Origin: Rhynchopus sp. YZ270_cl-10
Taxonomy: Eukaryota
Assembly (NCBI GenBank): GCA_964035575.1
Contig: OZ037841.1
Coordinates: forward strand, 1,612,001 to 1,676,000
DNA length: 64,000 bases
Reading direction: 5' to 3'
In this document: positions 57,069 through 64,000 of the stretch, in pieces
Position numbering within the stretch: position 1 is the stretch's first letter
Layout of the letters: each line of letters begins with the position of its first letter
Program-made: the position numbers and the translations under genes
Notes under the pieces: generated by a model
What the model was told of the DNA's origin: nothing
The model's database searches: none
Seen by the model: the letters and a program-made list of their open reading frames with translations, nothing else

Positions 57069-60000
57069 ATGCCCACACCCAGCGTATGCTTGCCACAGGG
57101 CACTATTGCCGTTGCTTTGGAGGGTCTCTCTCGCACTGCGTTGTACCTTCCTGAGGCTTTGTGTGATGCGCAGCGTGACGCCTTGGGTGTTGTAGCGAGG
57201 GCATGCAGCACACCACCCTCCTCAACCACCTGCCCACCCTTGCGCTGTGTGGCCGACGTCGACCCGGCCTGCCTCCCTGGGGAAAGCGTGCACGACACAC
57301 TCGCCCTGTTCCATGCGAAGCTCAGCACCACTCCCAGCCTCGGTGCCAACCGACAACTCCGAAACGCTACCTTTCATTCCGTCAGCGACGACGACGCAAA
57401 ACACCTAGCAACACCACTCACACCAGAGCACGGCAACGTTGTTCTTGGCACACAACGCACAAAGGGATGCAGTGTCACAGTCTCAGGAGAGGCAGTAGGC
57501 CTGCGAGACGGCCAAGCATTAGAAACAGAACCCATTTCAGTTACGTTTCACGTCGCTAAGTTTGGATACATCAGTGAAGCCCCCTGGAAGGGGCTGTGGG
57601 TAATGTCTACGGTACTCCGCAATTGGTATCGCATCGGAAATTGTACTCCCACGGCGACAGCGGTGATTGACACGACGTTCTCTCATCTTTGGCACCCCAC
57701 ACCATCAACACTAAAACCAAATTCCAACAGCGAGGAGGTTAGTCCAGAGCTTCTCTCAGACCTGGCTGTCATATTACGGCGATTGCTGCTCCGGTACTCT
57801 GGGGGCGTTCAGGACAATACAATGTGCTTGGGGGAAGCATTGCGGAACAGGATTTCTGGGGTATTAGCGGATCTGTTTTTCCCCTCCATTAACCCCGTCG
57901 ACTCTGAAGTGGAAGAAGCATCGAAACGGTGTATCACTTCGTCCTATGCGCAAATCTTTCTCCCTTCCGCGATTCTCTCACCACAGCAAGCCTTCGCAGA
58001 GCTCAATAAAATAAATACAGCCAACGTCAGCGCTGCCCTCATCCTCCCCCGCATTGGAGCTGCCCCAATAGTCTTTCGGGTCTCCCGCATTCACATCCGG
58101 GGAGACAACATTGTGGTCGAAGGTGACGATGTCATGGCAACCTTGGGAGTTCCTGGTGTTGCCAGCTTTAGGGGGAGTACGATTGAAGTGCCTGCTGTCG
58201 TTTCATCAACACCCTCTGTGGACACAAAGACGTCGCTCACCTCCGACTCAGCACCTTCCACTAATAATACAAAAAAAGCTAGAAAAGAGCGAAAAGGGGT
58301 GCGGGAAGTAGAAAAGGAGACGACGCATACCACACCCTGCAATGTGCCGCAGGGTGTTCAAGGTGTGTCAGCTCCACCATCAGGGTCAGTACTTCCTCCA
58401 AATACCTCAAAATCCGATACCGAGCCAATCTCATCAGGATCAATTCTGTCTGACCAGAACACCATCCCCGAGGACGAAACAGAGCCAACCCGCACCTCAA
58501 GGGTTCTATTAAAAGCGAGAAAAGAGCGGAAAGGGGTAAAACGGCGGGCAGAAGAAAGCTTGAACAACACCTCACACCCCCGCAATGCGACTCAGGGTGT
58601 TTGCGGTGTTGTCCGGTCAACTCCGTCTCCAATGCTCCCTATCTTGCCTCGCACTGCAAAGACCCCAAAGGCCAGAACAGAGCAGAAAGGGGTAAAGCGG
58701 CAGGCAGAACAGAACACCACAGACACAAAACGACGTTACGTCAAAAAGGAACAGATTGAAGGGCCGAAGCACATTGTGAAGCATAGCAGTAAGAGTATGA
58801 GTGTGAAGCCTGCTTGGCGGCCGTTGAGGAGACCGCAAAGCATGTTCAGGGATATGGCGGCAAAGATGCAGGCGTTGTATCCGAGGCAGACACGTCGTGT
58901 GGTGGGGACGAAGCTGAGAATGGCAACGATGTGTTCAGGGTCGGAGTCGCCGGTGCTTGCGATGCGTTTGTTTGAACAGTGTTTCGGCGCAAGTTTCGTG
59001 GAGCACGTCTTCAGCTGTGAGATTGAGCAGTTTAAACAAGAATTTATTGAACGCAACTTTGCACCCCAGCATCTGTTTCGTGATATCTGCGAGCTGCATA
59101 AGGGTGAGGCGGAGACGGCGTTTCGTGGCATCGAAGCGGTTCCGAAGGACATCGACTTGATCGTTGCTGGGACCGTCTGCAAAGACTTCAGCGCGCTGAA
59201 CAACAGCAAAAAGGGGATCACCGATCAGGGCCAGTCAGGGCGGACCTTCCGCGGCCTTATCGACTACGTCAAATACGCCTCCCCTTGCATTGTCATCCTT
59301 GAAAACGTGCGCACTGCGCCTTGGGCAGAAATCAACGCCTTTTTTGAGGCCATCCGGTGTCCAGACTATCCGGAGAGGCGCTATTCAGTGTCGACGTGCA
59401 TGGTGGACACAAAGGACTACTATTTGCCGCAAACCAGGGAGCGTGGCTATCTGTGTGCCTCATGGAACGCTGCAGGGTTGGCGCTGTTTAGCGAGGCGGT
59501 GGCGGAGCTGCGTTATGAAAGCGGCCCGACGGTGGCGAGTTTTTTGCTTCCTCCACAACATCCAGAGCTTGCGCGGGCAAAGGCGGTTGCGCATTTACGT
59601 CGTCGTCAGGCGTCACGGCAGTGGAGGGGACGAGGTCGTGTCAACAACACTGCAGACCGTGCCTCTGATGGTCTCGGCACCAAGACACCATATACAAATC
59701 GCTCAGAAGACGGTACTGTTGCTCCCCCGATCTGGGCCTGGCGTGCCTGGCTCTCCAGCCTCACGACCCGAGCGCAAGATTCGGTAGACATACACTTCCT
59801 CCGCAGGGCGTGCTCCGCGTGCCCCGAAGACGTCATGCACAAAACCTATGTGTTGGACATCCTGCAAAGCCCGTACCGTACGAAGTATGGAGGAAAGGTC
59901 GGTCTCGCGCCGTGTCTGACCCCGAAGGGTTGCTTTCTTGTGACGGATAGGGGGAGACCGTTGCTTGGATGTGAAATGCTGGCGTTGCAAGGACTGCCTC

Positions 60001-63000
60001 TGGAGATGTTGAACCTTTCGCGGGAGAGTGACAGTCAGTTGAGGGACCTTGCGGGGAATGCGATGTCGTGCACTGTGGTGGGGGCGGTCATGATGTCGGC
60101 GCTTCTTGCTGTAGGGCCGCGGCGGGAACAGCAGGCAACACCTGAGATTAGTGCAACGGCCACCACCCCCACGATGCTGCACAGCACGCCGCAATGCGAC
60201 ATTTCCGCTGCAGCCCAACTCGCCAGCGACGCTGGCGCAGTGTGTCCATGCGAAGACGACACTACCTGTGTCTCCGCATTCCTCCTCTGCTCTGACTGTG
60301 GTGCGACTGCCTGCAGATCGTGCCACGGAGTGAGGCAAAGCACCCAACATCATATGCACGATGTGGCAAGACCCACCAAGCACGCACCCCGCGAGACACT
60401 TCTGTCGTTGCTCCCTAAGACGGTGCGTTTTGTTCTTGATGCTGACGATGGAAGTGACATCTTTGCTGTTCAGGTTGCAGACCATCTGTCAACCCGCCCG
60501 CTTCTCCTCACATCGCTGCACCGAGGCGAGGCGTGGTACGCAGAGTACAGCTCCGCTGACGAAGATGTCTCTGCGACGTTGCATCTGAACGGCAGCTTTG
60601 AGTGGAGGGTGTACAGCACGCTGCGTGGGCTGTTCACTGGGTATGGTGTGACTGCGGCGCGAGCTCCGTTGATCAGAATTGATGAAAATGGGTGGGCCCT
60701 GGCTGCCGACACAGTACAACTCTCTGTCACAGTGACCGGGACACATCCGACCGCGACCTGGCAGCAGGAGATGGGGATTGCGTCTACACTTTCCCGACCT
60801 CCGTCACGCCTTTCCGTTGTTCTTACGGATGCGGATCAAAACATCGACATCGCAGGCAGCTACACACACCTCCCTCATTGCGGTGGTGTATGCAACGCTC
60901 TGTACCGCAGGGTGGACGGCCCCCCGGTCTTCTTTTTTCAATCCTCCGCAAGCGGTGGCTCACCAAGCGCGGATGTCTGCATCTTTAGCAGTTCTTGCGA
61001 GCACTCTGCTCTGCACGCACCACAGCAGGACGCTTTGGCTGCCACTTCTACTGGCTGGAGATTTTCCTGTGGAACACAGCATTTGACCTGCAAAAGCGTG
61101 GTCTATCAGCCCGCCAGCGGAACGGTACAGCTGAACTATGGCCTTGAAGTGAGTCTTCCTAGCGCATACCCTACTACACAACTTGCGAGGTGTGGAGTGC
61201 CGTTTGTGGCTGCGGTGCTCCGTTTTCCTCATCAAGCATGCGAAGTGCAGCACCACATCGCAGGCGCTATGCTGCAGGGTACACCAGGGTGGGTGCATCT
61301 GTGTGACTCCGTTCTGCAAGAGTTCTGCGCACAGTGCAGTCCTCTGTTGCCACAGAATGCAACGCTTCTGCAGAAGCTGCAGTACCACCGCGCATTGAAG
61401 GCACGCCCCAAAGCCATCCACGCAGAAGGTGGCGAAGGGGAGGGCGAGGAAGGGAGGAGCATCCGTCTGCTTGTTGACCCGGTCACGCTGCTGCACCGCT
61501 GCCTCAATGTGCTGAAGGTGCGCGACCACGTCTCCTGCAGATGGCGTCTTTCCCGTTTATCCGTGGAGATGGCAGAACCATTAGAGCAGGTTTCGTTTCC
61601 ATCCTTTTCGACTCCGGTTGCGACTGCAGTGCGGTTTGAAGGTGCTTTGACGGAGAGCCAGGGTCGAGCGTTGTCGTGGATGCGTGAGAGGGAGAGGGAG
61701 GACGACGCACAGCGTTGGGTGGAAGAGGAAGCGGAGGAGGCTGTGGTCAACGGTGTGCTGCTCGAGGCGCGTGTCTCGAGGAAGGTCTCTGTGCGGGGTG
61801 GTGTACTCGCCTGTGCGCCAGGATGGGGGAAGACAGTTGCCCTCTGCGCGCTTCTGAGCACCTCCCCAGCAAAGACGTTGATCATCGCCCCGCAACGCCT
61901 GGTTCTGCAATGGGAACGCGAAATCCGGAGGTTCACGAACATCGCCCCTACGGTCGCTACCACTGCCTCGGGGATAACGGACGACACAGAGACGCTCATC
62001 ATTGCCGCTCAGTTATTGGAAGGGCTTGCACCTGGGGTGCAGAAACACCTTGGGTTGCAGAGGTTTTGTGCAGCCTTTGATGAAGCATTTGGGGCAGGGA
62101 AGGTGGGTCTGGCGTTCTCATGGGGGCGTATCGTTGTGGATGAATTCTTGCAGTTGAGCGGGCCTCAGAAGCATATTGTGAGGCGTTTACGTGGTGACGC
62201 TGCTACATGGCTTCTTTCTGCCTCAATGGACACTCGAAACGGCAATGTTACTGCAAAGGTCAATACCGCCGCATCGCTTTTAGGTGCACACATCGGAACA
62301 GACCTCGGCCTCTCGAGAGACAAAGCGAACACCGCAAACACCCTCCCCCGCGCAGTTTCCGCCGTCTTCCGATCATTTCTCCGAGACAGACAAAACCTCT
62401 TTATCACCACCTTCCTTCGCAGTGCGAGCGCTCAGTGCGCAGCAGAGCTCACCCACATTAAAACACCATTGAACTTACCTAATGCAGCGCTGGCAGTTTT
62501 AATGGAAATATATGCGTCTGGTGTGTCAAAGAGTGGGACACTGAAGCATACGTTTTGCCTCCCACGCACGCAGGGAGGGTTTCGGACGTTGGAAGAGCTG
62601 GCACAACAGCGTCGTGGTGAGTGCGCGACGTACAAGAAAAAGATTGGGTCGCGCCTTGAGAGAATCATTTGGGGGGTAGCGGACCTTGCGAAGCAACGTG
62701 GTGCGGACCCGATGGAGGTGAAGGTGTTGCGTTTGGACATCACATTGTTGAGCACCGTCGGCGATGCTGAGGCTGGCAGGCACATTGAGGAGATGACGTC
62801 CTCCGCTTCCGATCGTGTTGCAACCGCTCATCGCAAACCTTACCTTGCGCCGCGTGGTGAGTATCGCGACCTCATCGGATCACTGCGTACGGTTGCAAAC
62901 AAATGCGCTTCATATACACAACGACTTCGCTCTCTTCGTCTGATCCTTGCAATTCTCGGGGAGGGAGATAACAAATGCGACTGCTGCGGGCATTCTGTTC

Positions 63001-63587
63001 ACCACAACGACAAAGTGGTCTCACCCCTCTGCGGGCACAGTGGCATCACTGCGCACTTCACCGACGAATCGCTCTCTCTCTTTGCTGAAGACGACATCCC
63101 AAAATGCCCTGTCGAAGGCTGCACCGCGTTTCTCCATGCGGGGATGTGTTTCGCTGCAATGCCTGCAGCAGCAGACAGGCCCGTTGTGGACGACCCTCTG
63201 GCAACAGTAGCACAGAAGGTGGTTGACGTCGGGGAAGGTGTGGTGGTGGTGGCACAGAACGCAGCTACGTTGGCGAGCTTTGGCGAAGAGCTGGCGAAGT
63301 GTGGTGTGCATGGGGTGATGAGTGGAGGAGAAGGTGGTGGCGACGCAGTGCACCTTCTTCTGGCGCACGAGATGTATGGGCTTAACCTCGACACAGTGCG
63401 CAACATCGCGTTCTTGCACCCCCTCAGTGCAGCAACAGAGGACGCAAGAGATGCACTCTTTGCTCGTTGCGTCGCATGTGTGCACCGCCGTTCGCAACAA
63501 CGTCCTGTCCGCGTCTACCACTTCCCAATCTATAACACACCCGAAATGCAGATAAAATATGAGTGCAATAAAATAGGGGGTGCATAA
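57069..63587 (+). CDS. DNMT5: DNMT5-type DNA (cytosine-5) methyltransferase fused to a SNF2 ATPase and a RING-like finger
   Basis: MTase motifs LRMATMCSGSESP, HVFSCEIEQFKQEFIERNF, AGTVCKDFS, IVILENV, DTKDYYLPQTRERGY and DLAGNAMS. SNF2 motifs GGVLACAPGWGKT and RIVVDEF. Cys-rich CDCC..CGH..CPVEGC. The ATG at 57069 follows a pyrimidine tract and AG. Confidence 0.88.
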   Translation: MPTPSVCLPQGTIAVALEGLSRTALYLPEALCDAQRDALGVVARACSTPPSSTTCPPLRCVADVDPACLPGESVHDTLALFHAKLSTTPSLGANRQLRNATFHSVSDDDAKHLATPLTPEHGNVVLGTQRTKGCSVTVSGEAVGLRDGQALETEPISVTFHVAKFGYISEAPWKGLWVMSTVLRNWYRIGNCTPTATAVIDTTFSHLWHPTPSTLKPNSNSEEVSPELLSDLAVILRRLLLRYSGGVQDNTMCLGEALRNRISGVLADLFFPSINPVDSEVEEASKRCITSSYAQIFLPSAILSPQQAFAELNKINTANVSAALILPRIGAAPIVFRVSRIHIRGDNIVVEGDDVMATLGVPGVASFRGSTIEVPAVVSSTPSVDTKTSLTSDSAPSTNNTKKARKERKGVREVEKETTHTTPCNVPQGVQGVSAPPSGSVLPPNTSKSDTEPISSGSILSDQNTIPEDETEPTRTSRVLLKARKERKGVKRRAEESLNNTSHPRNATQGVCGVVRSTPSPMLPILPRTAKTPKARTEQKGVKRQAEQNTTDTKRRYVKKEQIEGPKHIVKHSSKSMSVKPAWRPLRRPQSMFRDMAAKMQALYPRQTRRVVGTKLRMATMCSGSESPVLAMRLFEQCFGASFVEHVFSCEIEQFKQEFIERNFAPQHLFRDICELHKGEAETAFRGIEAVPKDIDLIVAGTVCKDFSALNNSKKGITDQGQSGRTFRGLIDYVKYASPCIVILENVRTAPWAEINAFFEAIRCPDYPERRYSVSTCMVDTKDYYLPQTRERGYLCASWNAAGLALFSEAVAELRYESGPTVASFLLPPQHPELARAKAVAHLRRRQASRQWRGRGRVNNTADRASDGLGTKTPYTNRSEDGTVAPPIWAWRAWLSSLTTRAQDSVDIHFLRRACSACPEDVMHKTYVLDILQSPYRTKYGGKVGLAPCLTPKGCFLVTDRGRPLLGCEMLALQGLPLEMLNLSRESDSQLRDLAGNAMSCTVVGAVMMSALLAVGPRREQQATPEISATATTPTMLHSTPQCDISAAAQLASDAGAVCPCEDDTTCVSAFLLCSDCGATACRSCHGVRQSTQHHMHDVARPTKHAPRETLLSLLPKTVRFVLDADDGSDIFAVQVADHLSTRPLLLTSLHRGEAWYAEYSSADEDVSATLHLNGSFEWRVYSTLRGLFTGYGVTAARAPLIRIDENGWALAADTVQLSVTVTGTHPTATWQQEMGIASTLSRPPSRLSVVLTDADQNIDIAGSYTHLPHCGGVCNALYRRVDGPPVFFFQSSASGGSPSADVCIFSSSCEHSALHAPQQDALAATSTGWRFSCGTQHLTCKSVVYQPASGTVQLNYGLEVSLPSAYPTTQLARCGVPFVAAVLRFPHQACEVQHHIAGAMLQGTPGWVHLCDSVLQEFCAQCSPLLPQNATLLQKLQYHRALKARPKAIHAEGGEGEGEEGRSIRLLVDPVTLLHRCLNVLKVRDHVSCRWRLSRLSVEMAEPLEQVSFPSFSTPVATAVRFEGALTESQGRALSWMREREREDDAQRWVEEEAEEAVVNGVLLEARVSRKVSVRGGVLACAPGWGKTVALCALLSTSPAKTLIIAPQRLVLQWEREIRRFTNIAPTVATTASGITDDTETLIIAAQLLEGLAPGVQKHLGLQRFCAAFDEAFGAGKVGLAFSWGRIVVDEFLQLSGPQKHIVRRLRGDAATWLLSASMDTRNGNVTAKVNTAASLLGAHIGTDLGLSRDKANTANTLPRAVSAVFRSFLRDRQNLFITTFLRSASAQCAAELTHIKTPLNLPNAALAVLMEIYASGVSKSGTLKHTFCLPRTQGGFRTLEELAQQRRGECATYKKKIGSRLERIIWGVADLAKQRGADPMEVKVLRLDITLLSTVGDAEAGRHIEEMTSSASDRVATAHRKPYLAPRGEYRDLIGSLRTVANKCASYTQRLRSLRLILAILGEGDNKCDCCGHSVHHNDKVVSPLCGHSGITAHFTDESLSLFAEDDIPKCPVEGCTAFLHAGMCFAAMPAAADRPVVDDPLATVAQKVVDVGEGVVVVAQNAATLASFGEELAKCGVHGVMSGGEGGGDAVHLLLAHEMYGLNLDTVRNIAFLHPLSAATEDARDALFARCVACVHRRSQQRPVRVYHFPIYNTPEMQIKYECNKIGGA

Positions 63588-64000
63588 GGGGGTAGGGTTT
63601 GAGAAGATATCTTTGATCCAAATGTGGGATTATCAATTCTTTCTGCGGGGTCCTTTGCACTGTCACAAGAGGGCTTTATATTCATATTTGTATTAGGGTA
63701 AGTACTTTGTGGTGGGAATGATTCAAATGTCTGAGACTTTTTGCTTATTCCTCCCTCTATTGTGCACTCACACATTTCTCTGCCTCTGCACTTCAGGCTA
63801 AGGGTTTTTTTTTTCCTTTTTGCCATCCACTTCTGGGCGTTTTGAAAGAAATGACGTGGGTTGCGTACCAACTAAATATGAGGAAGAACGAGGTTTTATC
63901 CCCAACAATAAAATAGTTTTGGACTGACGGTGTGTTTCTCCGTCACATTGTTTTCTAGATTTGTTTTTTTTCACTTTTTTTTTTTTAGATGTGTATGCAC

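Noticed and set aside
1..64000. tRNA, rRNA or spliced-leader RNA genes
   Set aside because: None recognised by eye. tRNAscan-SE and Infernal would be needed to exclude them.

Overview
Eukaryotic protist genomic DNA. All 15 host protein-coding genes and the transposase lie on the + strand, separated by T-rich intergenic regions, and a few carry short GT-AG introns. This layout and the gene content (trypanosomatid-type adenylate cyclases, a PT-repeat surface protein) suggest a euglenozoan, probably a diplonemid; this is inference. Genes in order: amidase (5'-partial), adenylate cyclase, cyclin-like protein, ferric reductase/NOX, PT-repeat membrane protein, CMGC-like kinase, CCCH+LRR protein, secreted collagen-phage-tail-collar fusion, large receptor adenylate cyclase, three near-identical mu-like GSTs, GAF protein, five-exon coiled-coil protein, subtilisin-CUB protease and a DNMT5-type methyltransferase-SNF2 fusion. 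Mobile DNA is abundant: an intact DD37E Tc1/mariner element, a non-autonomous hAT element with an 8-bp TSD, a PIF/Harbinger-like MITE, several other TIR elements and a modular dispersed repeat. The two strongest leads are the secreted collagen fused to a circularly permuted phage tail-collar domain (25022-25699) and the DNMT5 with an apparent DNMT1-type RFTS domain at its N-terminus (57069-63587). All domain calls are by eye from remembered motifs; no searches were run.
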